Shown: piece by piece, positions 1-12,800 of the stretch
How the letters are laid out: each line of letters starts with the position of its first letter
Numbering within the stretch: the stretch's first letter is position 1
Assembly: GCA_051313645.2 (NCBI GenBank)
Contig: JBNRSN020000005.1
Coordinates: 221,712,001 to 221,776,000 of the forward strand
Direction: 5' to 3'
DNA length: 64,000 nucleotides
Source: Centroscyllium fabricii
Taxonomy: Eukaryota
Position numbers and translations under genes: made by a program
Notes under the pieces: generated by a model
The model's input: the letters and a program-made list of their open reading frames with translations, nothing else
Told to the model about the DNA's origin: nothing
Database searches by the model: none

Positions 1-520
1 TGGACTCCAGCATTTTCCCAATGACCGATGTTAGGCTAACTGCCTTCTGTCTCCCTCCTTTCTTAAATAGGGGTGTTACATTAGCGGTTTCCCAATCCGC
101 TGGGACCTCTCCAGAATCCAGGGAATTTTGGAACATTGCAACCGGTGCATCCACTATCTCTGCAGCCACCTCTTTTAAGACCCAACAATGCAGGCCATTG
201 GGTCCAGGGGACTTGTTCACCTTTTGTCCCATTAGTTTGCCTAGTACTTATTCTCTAGTAATGGTGATTGTTTTAAGTCCCCCACCCCATCCCAATAGCC
301 CCTTGATTATCCATTATTGAGATGCTTTTAGTGTCTTCTACTGTGAAGACTGATACAAAATATTTGTTCAAAGTCTCTGCCATTTCCCTGTTTCCCAATA
401 TTAATTCCCCAGTCTCATCCTCTAGGGGACCAACATTTACTTTAGCTACTCTTTATTTTTATATAGCTGTAGAAGCTCTTACTGTCTGTTTTTATATTTC
501 TTGCTAGCTTACTCTCTCTT
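1..520 (-). mobile_element. CR1-type LINE fragment (ORF2, upstream of RT core), degenerate
   Basis: The minus strand resembles the CR1 ORF2 segment seen at 57880-58100 (SPGPDG-like motif, YRPVSLTS-like motif). Boundaries are approximate. Confidence 0.7.
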
Positions 521-529
521 TATCATCTA

Positions 530-1195
530 TGGCTGTAATTTTAATTTGGAGGTGGAGAGGGAGCAGGGCGGCGGGGGAGAGGCTAGGGCCTAGAAAGCCG
601 AATTTTATGGTAGGGCCTGATTAACATTTTTTTTAAACATTGATTCCCGCCTGCAGCCAACCAGATGGAAAAGTTGGCTGGCTGGCCGTCGAACGGGTAG
701 GCCTGCGGCACCAGGCTGCAGAGAGGAGGGGGGATGTCGGAAGGCTGGAGGGGGATTGGGGGCAGGAGGGTGATTGGGGGCAGGAGGGTGATCGTGGGCT
801 GGAGGGGGGAGGTCAGATGGCCGGAGGGGGATCGGGGACCAGAGGTTGATCAGGGGCCGGAGAGGTTCGGGGGTGAATCGGAGATCGGAGGCCTCGTTGG
901 GGTGGGTGGGAGGCTTCGGGGGGCAAATCGGAGGCCTCAGAGGGAGGGCCAGGGTGGGGTTGGTGAGGCAGGGATGCTGGATCCAGCAGGAATAAGGGCA
1001 CTTAGCTCCTGGATCCAGCAGTCCTCGCCTCCCTTTAACTGGAGGGTTCCCAGAGGCCTGGGAAACCTGATAACCCAGAGTTAAATTTTAAAATGGTGGA
1101 TCACCATGAGGCACGGAGCCTCATTATAATATTTAAAGTGCCAACCCGCCTCCTGGGAGTGGGTTGGATGCCTGCCCCTGCCCCCGCCGTCCCAC
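530..1195. mobile_element. probable Harbinger-derived non-autonomous element fragment
   Basis: GC-rich GGCGG/CCCGCC and AATTTT motifs like the subterminal regions of the Harbinger at 5157-15383. No paired TIRs resolved. Confidence 0.3.
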
Positions 1196-1198
1196 CTC

Positions 1199-1400
1199 TG
1201 GTCAGACCTACCTCTAGTATTGGGTCCAGTTTTGCTCAGACCTACCTCGAGTAATGTGTTAAGTTCTGGTCAGGCCCACCAGGCTCAGTTTTGGTCAGAC
1301 TCACCTTCAACACTGTGTCCAGTTTTGGTCAGTCCCACTTTGAGCACTGTGTCCAGTTTTAGTCAGATCACTTTGTGCAGTTCTGATCAGACCCACCTTG
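1199..1400 (+). repeat. degenerate ~35-bp tandem repeat (about 6 copies) derived from a CR1 segment
   Basis: Units such as TGGTCAGTCCCACTTTGAGCACTGTGTCCAGTTT resemble the CR1 VRPHLEYCVQFW-coding segment at ~58913-58950. Confidence 0.6.
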
Positions 1401-1620
1401 GGGTTCCACAGGGCTCAGTACTAGGTCCCTTGCTTTTTGTGGTATATATCAATAATTTAGACTTCAATGTAGGGGGCATGATTAAGAAGTTTGCAGATGA
1501 TACAAAAATTGACTCTGTGATTGATAATGAGGAAGAAAGCTGTAGACTGCAGGAAGATATCAATGGACTGGTCAGGTGGGCAGAACAATGGCAAATGGAA
1601 TTCAATCAGGAGAAGTATCA
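1400..1620 (+). mobile_element. CR1 LINE RT fragment
   Basis: Translation GVPQGSVLGPLLFVVYINNLD...KFADDTK...LQEDINGLVRWAEQWQMEFNQEK. Confidence 0.9.
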
Positions 1621-2059
1621 ATATGGCTCCTGGCCTGGCAGCTCCTTACTGAGCTGCTCTTCTCTTCAACTGTATCCTTGGTCATCCATTGTCATCCTTT
1701 GCCCTTTCTTCCCCAATCTCCTTTCTTCCATTGCTTAAGATACCCTGGCTCTGATAGGCAGTTCAGTCCAAGCTACAAGTTCAAACTACATGTTAAAGCT
1801 ACCGCTGCAGAGTCCACTACGCATCCAATGAGTCGGATTTCTTTGTTCTCTCTGAGCTCTTTTCAACTGCTGGAACTCTGCTGAAATTTGACTTCCATCA
1901 CTGGATTCCTCTGCCAACATCACTATGCTGCTCTACTGACTACACTGTTTGACTAAGCTGCTGTGACTCTGCTCTGCTATTCAGTCATTTCAAGTTTTAA
2001 GCTGCTGAATTATTTTCTCCAATTGGTTTCCGATCTCCTGGACATCTAGACTACATTTC

Positions 2060-2389
2060 TGTGAGGAATGATCAAGGTCCTGCCTCGCCTCACCACCAGA
2101 GGGCACCATGAACTCCTATTGTTCTCACCTGGTTTCCATGTTCCCTTCTCTTCCTAATTGTACGCACCTGTGCATGATTATGTGTCTGCTATTTAAGTAG
2201 TACTTAGTTTTGTGTTCAGTGCTCAGTCTTCAGTTTCACCCTGCCTTGTGATCCTCTTGCCTGCTGACTTGTATTTTGTGCTGCTGTTATTTTGTTATTT
2301 TGAAGTAAAGTTTATCTTTGTTTTTGCAACCTAACCTCTGCCTCCGTCTGCCTTCCTGCAGTTGGGTTCACCCAGTGTTGATTGTCACA
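2060..2389 (+). mobile_element. solo LTR (330 bp)
   Basis: TGTGA...TCACA inverted termini; TATTTAA and AGTAAA motifs; flanks ATTTC/GTTTC (5-bp TSD, 1 mismatch). Confidence 0.7.
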
Positions 2390-3004
2390 GTTTCTGCTTT
2401 GAACTGCCTTGGATTACACTCTTTGCTAGTCGCTGACTTGTGTTTTTACATTTTCTCCACCACATTTGATCTACGGTGACTTGTGTCAATTCCGCCATCA
2501 ATTTCTGTACCGCTACCGATTCTGATTCCTACGGCAACAACCTCCATCCTACAACTCTCTACCCTTCAAATAGCTTCTGGACTTCACTCGCCTGCAACAT
2601 CTGTCTCTGAATTTGGACAGCGGTTCGTCGATGCTCCATGCTGGCTCCAGCCTGCTTACATCAGCTTTGTCCTTCCATGGGAACCCTGACTTTGACCCTG
2701 ATCTCCTGTCTATTGTCTCCAACCTATTCCCTGCTACCAGGAAATATGTATCCCATTAATTACTGCATAACCAGGCCTGTGTAACCTGAGTTTTTCCCTG
2801 TGTCTATTCATGTGCGCACTTTGGCTGCCGCTTCCGGAATCGAGCCAATCACTTCTATTTCCACTTTTTTCTCTCCCCCTTTTCTCTCTTTGCCTCCCTG
2901 ACTGATCTCTCTTGTCATCAGGCCTCCTGTCATCCCTCCTCTCTCAGATACTCTGCCTTCCCAAATCCCTATCCCAATCGTTCATTACTCTTCGACCTTC
3001 CTTC

Positions 3005-4733
3005 TCTCCTGCTGCCGTCCCAAGCTTCACTCCCTCTTAGATAAGCCCACTGCTTCCCTCTGTGCCTCTGTTGGCATTCTACAAAGGGCCCATCGAGGCA
3101 CTTGTCGCTGCCTCCTTACGAGCAGCAACCCCAACTGTCCCATCCTACTCTCTCACCCTGGCTGTTCCCCCTGGTACGGCCCTCATCTTCACACGCTTAA
3201 GTCCAAAAGACGCAGACTTGAACGGATATGGCGGACAACTGGTTTAGCCATTCACCGCCAGATCTGGCTGGACCACATAAAGCATTATCAGGTCCTGCTC
3301 TCATCTGCCAAAACTGTTCACTATTCCAAAATAATTCTGGAATGCAAAGATAAACCCCGGCTCCTATTCTCTACTGCTAACCATCTTCTTAAACCTCTCT
3401 CCCCTGTCTCCTCCACCCTCACCTCCGACAACAAGTGTGAGGAGCTCATGGACTTCTTTGTCTCTAAGATTGAGACAATCCGTTCAGCTGCCTCTGCCAC
3501 TTCCCTTCCTTCCCCTAGCCCATTGGGCCAAACTTCCTCTAAGGTTGTCCCCTGCCCTAACCCTGAACTCGCATCTTTCCCCAGTTTCTCTCCGATCTCC
3601 CTTCATGTTGTATTGTACTAGTACTCTGCAATGACAATAAAACTTGAATTGAATTGAATTGAATTGAATTGAATTGAATTGAATTACCCCTCACCCTCAT
3701 GAGACCCACCTCCTGCTCCCTCGACCCTATTCCCACCAAACTGCTGAACACCCAACTTCCTTTTCGGCTCCCATGTTAGCTGACATTATTAACGGTTCTC
3801 TCTCCTCGGGTACTGTCCCCCTCTCCCTCAAATCTGCCGCCATCACCCCTCTCCTCAAAAAGCAAACCTTGCACCCTCCGTCCTTGCAAACTATCGGCCC
3901 ATCTCCAACCTCTCTTTCCTCTCAAGTCCTTGAACGTGTTGTCGTTTCCCAAATCCATGCCCGTTTCCCGTAACTCCTTGTTTGAATCCCTCCAATCAGG
4001 CTTCCGCCCCGCCACAGTACCGAAACAGCTCTCATCAAAGTCACAAATTATATCCTTTGTGACTGAGACTAAGGTAAACTATCACTCCTTGTCCTTCTTG
4101 ACTTGTCTGCAGCCTTTGACACGGTTGATCACTCCATCCTTCTCCAACACCTCTCCACCGTCGTCCAGCTGGGTGGGACTGCACTCGCCTGGTTCCATTC
4201 TTATCTCTCTAATCGTAGCCAGAGAATCACCTGCAACGGCTTCTCTTCCCGCTCCCACATCATTACCTCTGGTGTCCCCCAAGGATCTATCCTCGGCTCC
4301 CTCCTATTTCTTATCTACATGCTGCCCCTCGGTGACATCATCCGAAAACACAGCGTCAGTTTCCACATGTACGCTGATGACACCCTGCTCTACCTCACCA
4401 CCACCTCGCTCAAACCCTCCATTGCCTCTAATTTGTCAGACCCCTCTAATTCTGCCCTCTTGAGCTTCCCTGATGATAATCGCTCAACCATTGGTGGCCG
4501 TGCCTTCTATTGCTTAGGTCCGAAGATCTGGAATTCCCTCCCTAAACCTCACTGCCTCGCTCTCCTCTTTTAAGACGCTCCATAAAATCTACCTTTGACC
4601 AAGCTTTTGGTCATTTGTCCTCATTTCTCCTTATGTGGCTCGGTGTCAAATTATTTGCCTTATAGTACTCCTGTGAAGCACCTTGGGACATTTTACTACA
4701 TTAAAAGCACTATATAAATACAAGTTGTTGTTA
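3005..4733 (+). mobile_element. L2-type LINE, 5'-truncated, frameshifted, internally deleted near 4443
   Basis: RT motifs LSAAFDTVDH, GVPQGSILG, HMYADDT. The 3' end (..tataaatacaagttgttgtt) matches the fragment at ~50995-51291. Confidence 0.85.
3607..3685 (+). mobile_element. 79-bp 3' end of a Rex1/Babar-type LINE with (GAATT)8 tail, inserted in the L2
   Basis: Reverse-complement match to the Rex 3' end at 47722-47791; contains AATAAA plus a GAATT microsatellite tail. Confidence 0.8.
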
Positions 4734-4734
4734 T

Positions 4735-4957
4735 TGAAGTGTGAGGTAATGCATTGGGGAGGTAAACAAGGCAAGGGAATACACAATAAATGGTTGGATA
4801 ATGAGTAATGTAGAGGAACAGAGTGACCTTGGAGTGCATGTCCACAGATCCCTTGAAGGTAGCAGGCCAGGTAGATAATCTGGTTAAGAAGGCATATGGG
4901 ATACTTTCCTTTATTAGCTGAGGTATGGAATATAAGAGCAGGGAGGTTATGCTACTA
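4735..4957 (+). mobile_element. CR1 LINE 3' fragment, left half (continues at 15489-16110)
   Basis: GMEYKSREVML-coding sequence resumes at 15489 (..cagtataaaatgctagttaggccacagctagagtactgc) after the MITE/Harbinger nest. Confidence 0.85.
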
Positions 4958-5686
4958 CAGGTTGAGCGTCCCGAATCCGGCAACCTCGGGACCGAGGCCG
5001 AGCCAGTTTTCATGTTTTTCGGGACTTTTGAACGTGTTTCTGATGTCCGAAATCCAGAAATATCGCAACCTGGGTTCGGGCATTTCCGGACTTCAGACAT
5101 CAGAAACACGTTCAGATCCAGAAATGCCTAGGCTCGGCTGGCAGTGGAAACAGGGGGGGGGGAATTTTCGTGTGCCCGGCGGGCGGGGTTTTGGGCGGGC
5201 GGGAGATGAAAATTAGAAATGTTTGGTTCCAGCCCAAGCCCGCCCATTTCCCGCCAGTTTCGAATTTTCATCCCGATTTGTTTGCTGCCCCGAATCCGTC
5301 CCGCCGGCGCCCGGCGGGGATGCTTGTTGAGGTCGTTAAGGGCCCTTAATTGGCATCAGTAATGCCATTTTAAGGGCCCATCGCCATTTTCATGCCTTTC
5401 ACGCACAAATCCCACCAAGATAAACCCCGTCAGGTGAAACCCTTGTGTGAACTCCGTGGGACTGCTGAGTATCTGTGTCTGGTCACTAAATAAAGGCTCA
5501 CATTTAATCAGCCATCATTCGCTTGGCCAAACACATTGTTGTCTCAGTCCTGGGGATATTAGCAACAGCCTTCAGCACACCTGTGGAAGGTTGAATCCTC
5601 AAACACTTCTGCAGTGTGACCTGGGAAAGCCTCCCCCCCCCAACCCCTCAATCAGTGCTTCCTCAGCCGAGGCTGCCAGCACAGCC

Positions 5687-6971
5687 ATGGGAGCCGTTTT
5701 CTTCCTTCCCTTCTTGGGATTGCATGATCTCTACCAGGAGCAGATGCGGCTACAGCAGCAACAGCAACAGCCACACCAGGAGCCTGATGCTCCTGCGGAC
5801 CCTCCGGGGGCAGCATGGGCCAGAAGGCATCAGCGCATCCGAGGCCGTCACCGCAGAAGATAGCCCCAAACAGGGTCTACAGAGTCCGAGCCACCTACCT
5901 CAACATGAGTGAGCGGCAGTGCCAAAGGCGACTCCGACTTTCCCGACAGGCAGTCACAGATATCTGCGCCATGCTGCAGCAAGAGCTGGAGCCCAGGACA
6001 CCATGTAGACATGCCTTACAAGTGGCCCTCAAAGTCACCACCGCACTCAACTTCTTTGCCTCGGGCTCATTCCAGGGATCAGCAGCCGACATCAGTGGAA
6101 TCTCTCAGTCGGCCGCACAATCCTGCATCACCCAGGTAACCGATGCCCTCTTTGCCCGCGCCCACAATTCATCCATTTTACCACGGATCGCGCAAGTGTC
6201 AGGGCCCGAGCGAATGGAATGGCTCGTCTGGCAGGCTTCCCAAGGGTACAGGGCATCATTGACTGCACACATGTGGCTCTTAGGGCACCCAATGACAACC
6301 CAGTAGCTTTTCTCAACCGCAAGGGCTTCCATTCACTCAATGTTCAACTGGTGTGTGACCACAACAATGAGATTTTGCATGTGTGTGCCAGGTACCCTGG
6401 CAGCTGCCATGACTGCTATGTCCTGCGCCACTCAAACTTACCTACGCTCTTCACACCGCCGGACCAGCTTCCGGGGTGGCTACTTGGAGACAAGGGCTAT
6501 CCCCTCAGGACTTGGCTCATGATGCCGGTCAGGAGGCCAGCCAATGAGGCTGAGGAGAACTACAACTCCAGACACATCTCCACCAGAAGCATTATAGAGC
6601 ACACCATCGGCTTGCTCAAGATGCGTTTCAGATGTTTGGACAGATCAGGTGGAGCCCTGCAATACACCCCAGCCAGGGTCTCCAGAATGGTAGTGGTATG
6701 CTGTCAACTTTACAACATGGCCCAGCGCCGTGGCTTGCAACCTCCTGACCAAGACCTGCCTCCTCGCATACCGTCCTCAGATGAGGAGGAGGAGGAAGAG
6801 GAAGAGGAGGAGGAGGAGGAGGAGGAGGAGGAAGAGGAGGAAGAAGAGGAGGAGGTAGAGGAGGAGGAGGATGGGGTTGCTGCCGCTCGACCCCAGCCAG
6901 CGCCACCATTACGCGAGAACGTTGCTGCCCGGCAAGCAAGGATGGAGCTCATTCTTGCAAGATTTTCGTAG
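5687..6971 (+). pseudogene. Harbinger DDE transposase (HARBI1-like), two frameshifts (~5862, ~6168)
   Basis: Motifs [72 protein letters not shown]; C-terminal poly-Glu. Confidence 0.93.
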
Positions 6972-9853
6972 ACTACTCAAGCCAGCTTGTGTTACTCTCC
7001 TCATCCTACCAGCGCATCCTCAATGACACACTCCAATCAGTTCCACAGCTCATACCTACATGGGCCCACTACTGTAACGACATATGTGGGGGAGGGGGGT
7101 TGGGGGAGTGTGAATCGGTTGCTGCCAAGTGCCTGTGAAGGCTTTCTGTGCTCGCGCAACCAGCCACGCCCCTAACGCACCACACATTCCTTTGATGACC
7201 ATGGTCCCACCCAAACATCCATCCATCCATCACATGCAATAATGAACACAGAAACATTCAAGGTTGCAACTGCAACATGCTGTTTAGTACATATATTAAG
7301 CAAACATGGCCACATGCAGGGTTGTTCAACTGATGACCAGCACCTATGATTCACTGCATTAATGATGTCCCAGGCATCTCAGCTGCAGACATGCAGGTTG
7401 AAACAGTCAAAATGTCATTATCAGCAATTCTGCACCTCAGCCAGTCCACTTTGGAGCTTGCAACTTCATATCCATTGTCAATCATGTTCCCCCCTCTCAC
7501 GAGCTGCCCCTCCCTTTTCAAGAGTGACACATAATGACAAACCAGGGCAGCGCACCCGCACATGAGGCAGCAGCAGTGGAGGGCGGTGAGGGTCAATGTC
7601 TGGTGGTTCTTCACCCACCTGATCTTGTTTGATGTGTCAGAGCTGAGGCATGCTGGCACCATGGCTCCTTGGCCATTCCATCAGGGTCAGGTGCTGTGAG
7701 GGGCCATTTGAAGCCAGATGATGTTGGATGCATGGGTACTTTGGACAGTTGGCACATCTTTTCTTTGCCCACCTCCATCCGTTTAAGGTTTTGTTCCTGT
7801 AAAAGTTCAGCACTGAGGCGTGTTTGCTGCTGTAGCGAAAACATCAGGTGACTTGTTCAGTTAACCTGGTCATCCTTTGGTCCACACATCGGTCATACAG
7901 TACCTCTGTTCGCTGGTGTGCGTCTCCATGAGGGTAGGCCGGTTTCAAGGACCTTCACTGCTAACCATTCAGCTGCACTGTGCTGTGGAAACTCATTCGT
8001 CCTGCTGTAAGTCCTTCTGCCATGTTGCGTCAGCATCGTTGCATATCTGTGAGGCCTGCCCAATTGCTGCCCAGCCTGCATAAGGTGTCAATGTAGAAGG
8101 GGCATTCGCAAGATGTCAGACATGACAACTGCATCAGGTGGCACCTCAGTGGTCTGCTGTGTGACCACTGCTTTGGAGACCTAACTTACACTAACACCCA
8201 AGTGACTCCCGTTGTGCCTAAGGGTGCTTACTGGTTCTTCTACGAGTGCTCCTACGTGGTGCTATCCCTGTGGTGTCAGCAGATGTGGAGGCCCCCTGCT
8301 GAGTGCCCTGCTGCTCCTGTGTGGACACCTTTGGCGCCGTCCTCTGGGGCGGCGAGCCGGTGGGGTCTCGCCAGCAGTCTGCTGCTCCTGCGGCTGCGCA
8401 GGGTATGAGACTTCCATCTCAGGTGCATGGGGACTCCGGCGGGCCTCTGACCAAGGGCTCTGCAGTGGTGTAGACGTGGGAGCGCTTGGAGAGGAGCCCC
8501 CACCTCCTTGAGCTGCACCACCAACCTCCCTCTCATGGGTCACCTCCCCCTCAGCGCCAGCAAGTGGCTGAATAGCACCTTGCTGCACTTCAGGGGGGCC
8601 ATGAGGACCCGTTTCTGAAGTGGAAGTCCTACTCAGAGGGACTTTCAGGAAGGTCTGGGTCATCTGCTCAATAGATGCCACTCGCTGCTCAGGAGATGTG
8701 TATCTATTGTGTGCAGTGCCCATGTCTTCGAAAGACTGGCGACTTATGTGCTCGATGGCCGTGGCCATCCTCTCGTCCACGGTCGCTATCCTATCCATGG
8801 TGGTCGCCACCCTTTCCATGGTGTTCGACATCCTTTCCATCATGCTCGACATCCTTTCCATGGTGGTTGCCATCCTTTCCATGGTGATGCGATCATGCGC
8901 CACTGACTCCGCAAGGTCGCTTCTCATGCTTGCGACAGACTCCTCCATTCGCATAACACTCGCAGCTACCTGGGAGACAAAACCTGTCAGACTCCTGCAT
9001 CTGTGTCTGGAGTCCCATCATGTGTCCTCTGCCTGATGGATCCAAAGGCGCTGTGTCCACATGCAGCTCAGCTAAGCTGGCAGAGTCCTGCGCCCTCCAA
9101 CTAGGACCCTGCACTGCTGTCCCTGTCTCCACAATCTGCTGACGCTCACTAGTGCTGTCTGAATCACCCGGTGACAAGTTATATGTAGCTCTAGGGGGGC
9201 CCACCGAGGTGCTAGTATCTGCGCTGGTGCCGGGTGGAGTCTGTGGTGCTGACGCTGCACCCTCAGAGGTGGCATGTCCCTCTGAGGACTGGACAGGGGC
9301 GGCCTGCTGATGAGCTCCGGTTGTCTGTCCATCTGAGGCTGGACCTGTGGGGCAGTAAAGGCAGAGGTTAGAGATATGTCAGCAAGGTTACATACAGATA
9401 GCATTCAGGAGCTGAGCAGAGCTGCCTCTGCAGTGCTTTTACATTCATTGTGCCAGTCTCATGTGTTAGTTTTAAGATACATAATTAAACCATGCTGTCC
9501 CCAGCTCCAGATTGCCTGTCTGCTTCGCCGTCACCCACACCCGGGGCTTGCCCCTCCCCAACGAGGTCCAGCACTGCCTCTTCCCAGGTGGTGAGCTGCT
9601 GGATGGTGGGGGGTCCTCCTCCAGTCCCGGCACTGTGCCGCTTGTTGGCGGCTGTCTTTTCCTGCAATGAGGGACAGAAGTGGAGGTTGAGTGAGAAGGA
9701 AGGAGTTGGTGCAGCGAGTGAGCAGCAAAGTTTGATGTAGGGTGACAAAGATGCAGTGAGCCTGCAAGACCAAAGGCTCTCCTGTGTGCTTCCAGATGTG
9801 CAGCAAGCATGAGAGTGAGAGGGAGTGTGAGGGCTGAATGGAGGGAAAGTACC

Positions 9854-12800
9854 TGACGTATCGTCAAGGTCTTCAATTAAAAGAGTCGACGCGTAGTTAC
9901 CGAAACTAAAGGCTTTTAATTACTAATGAACGGAGCTACTCTCCAGACGAACTACTGTATAGGAATGGAGGAGCCTCGGTCAGACCACACCTATATCGGG
10001 GCCTCACCTGGGGGAGGAGTCGGGGGTGTGGCTGACCTGGCTCCCAACAGAGTCACAGTAAATAGGGCTGTGCCTAACATCTGCACAGCCCATCATTAGC
10101 CATAGTGGAACAGTGGTATAATGGACATAGAATGGTTACCACATTCACCCATTCTTAAAAACTTTGAGTCCGGGGGGTGGTGAATGGGTCGAACAGTTCA
10201 TAATAAGTCTGTCCGGCGGTCGTGTCTGCCTGGAGGACCGCCGGCGCTCCGGTGTTGGCGGCGGTGCCTCCTGGGTCAAATGGCCCGCATCTGCCGGCGC
10301 TGTGACTTCAGGTGGCGGTGGGCTCGGCTGGTCCCCGCCGTCAGGGTCGTAGTCGGGGAAACTCGGGGGCCATCGTGCGTCTGGTGGTTGGTCGGCCTGC
10401 TGGCCAGCAGGAGGCGCTGTGGTGGTGTTTCCGGCAGGGGCCAGGTCCCTGATGGACACGGTGTCCTCACGCCTGTCCGGGAACTGCACGAAGGCGTAGT
10501 GCGGGTTTGCGTGTAGGAGCTGTACCTTGTCCACCAGGGGGTCCGTCTTGTGGCTCCGGACGTGCCTTTTAAGCAAAACCGGCCCCGGAGTCGTAAGCCA
10601 TGGGGGAAGAGCTGTCCCCGAAGTCGACCTCCTGTTAAAAGAGAAAATCAGATCGTGCGGGGTGGCGTTAGTAGCAGTACATAACAGAGAGCGAATAGAG
10701 TGCAGCGCGTCTGGGAGGACTGCCTGCCAATGGGACACTGGAAGGCCTCTGGACTTGAGGGCCAGGGTGACCGCCTTCCAGATAATCCCATTCTCCCTTT
10801 CTACCTGGCCGTTCCCCCGGGGGTTATAACTGGTCGTTCTGCTCGTGGCAACCCCTCTATGGAGCAGAAACTGGCGCAGTTCATCGCTCATGAACGATGA
10901 CCCCCGGTCGCTATGGATGTAGCTGGGGAGACCGAAAATGGCGAACAGCGCGGTGAAGTGTTTGATCACCGTTGCGCTCGTCATGTCTGGGCAGGGGAAG
11001 GCGAAGGGGAAGCATGAGAACTCATCAACTACCGTGAGGAAGTATGAGTTGCGGTCGGTGGAGGGGAGGGGGCCTTTGAAGTCCACGCTGAGACGTTCAA
11101 AGGGGCGGGTGGCCTTGATGAGGTGCGCCGTGTCTGGCCGGAAAAAGTGGGGTTTGCACTCAGCGCAGACAGGGCACTCTCGGGTCATAGCCTTGATCTC
11201 CGTGATGGAGTAGGGGAGGCTACGGGATTTGACGAAATGGGCGAGTCTGGTGACACCCGGGTGGCAAAGGCGGTCGTGGAGGTCCTTCAGCCGGTCTAGC
11301 TGGGCACTGGCGCACGTTCCCCTGGACAGAGCGTCAGGGGGTTCGTTGAGTTTGCCTGGTCGGTAAAGAATGTCATACTCGTAAGTCGAGAGTTCGATCC
11401 GCCACCGCAGGATCTTATCATTCTTGATTTTACCCCGTTGTTTATTATTAAACATAAACGCTACCGACCGTTGGTCGGTGAGCAGGGTAAAACGCTTACC
11501 GGCCAGGTAATGACGCCAGTAGCGCACGGCCTCCACGATGGCCTGGGCCTCCTTTTCCACTACTGAGTGGCGAGTTTCGGGTCCCTGTAGGGTGCGGGAG
11601 AAAAACGCAACGGGCCTGCCTGCCTGATTCAGGGTGGCAGCAAGGGCGAAGTCCGAAGCGTCACTCTCCACCTGGAAAGGGATGGATTCATCAACAGCGA
11701 GCATGGTCGCCTTGATAATATCTTCCTTTATCCTTGCGAATGCCGTTTGGGCTTCCACAGAGAGGGGGAAGACAGCAGCCTTGAGGAGTAGTCTAGCCTT
11801 ATCTGCGAACTGTGGGACCCATTGTGCATAATAGGAGAAAAATCCTAGACATCTCCTCAAGGCTTTGGGGTTGTGAGGTAGGGGCAGTTCTTGCAAGGGT
11901 CGCATACGCTGTGGGTCGGGGCCGAGGAGCCCGTTCTCCACCACGTATCCGAGGATGGCGAGCCGGGCTGTATTAAAGACACATTTGTCTTTGTTATACG
12001 TGAGGTCCAGCTTAGCCGCCGTGGCGAGAAATTTGGCCAGATTGGCATCGTGGTCCTGCTGGTCGTGGCCGCAGATGGTCACGTTGTCCAGGTAAGGGAA
12101 GGTGGCCTGCAAGTCGTTTTGGTCAACCATACGGTCCATCTCCCGTTGGAACACTGACACTCCGTTGGTCACGCCAAAGGGGACCCGGAGGAAGTGGTAG
12201 AGCCGACCATTCGCCTCGAAGGCGGTGTAGGGGCGGTCGGCTTTCCGAATCGGGAGCTGATGATACGCCGATTTAAGGTCGATCGTAGAGAACACCTTGT
12301 ACTGGGCGATCTGATTGACCATTTCCGAGATGCGGGGGAGGGGGTAGGCGTCGAGCCCGGTGTAGCGGTTGATAGTCTGGCTGTAATCGATAACCAGCCG
12401 CTGTTTTTCGCCAGACTTCACCACTACAACTTGGGCGCGCCAGGGGCTGGTGCTGGCTTCAATTATCCCCTCCTTCAGCATCCGCCCGACCTCCGACCTG
12501 ATAAACGTGCGATCCCCCTCACTGTACCGCCGACTCTTAGTGGCAATGGGTTTGCACTTCGGATCGAAGTTGGCGAACAGCGAGCGGGGGTCGATTTTCA
12601 GGGTGGAGAGGCCGCAGGCCGGGCTCCGCTTTGGGAAGAGATTGTCCCGGCTACTGACGGTGAGGGGGGGTAAGGTCCCGCCGAACTCCATTGTCACGCT
12701 CCTGAAGTGGCACTGGAAATCCAAACCTAGTAAGGCTGGGGCACACAACTGTTGGAGGGTATACAATTTAAAATTACGGTACACGCGCCCCTTGACGGTG

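Noticed and set aside
5150-5162. 3-bp TSD for Harbinger 1
   Set aside because: The left flank (G-run) and right flank (ATA) do not match; probably lost by a flanking deletion.
5687-6971. Domesticated host gene HARBI1
   Set aside because: Lies between TIRs with a Myb partner gene and has two frameshifts, so it is a transposon copy.
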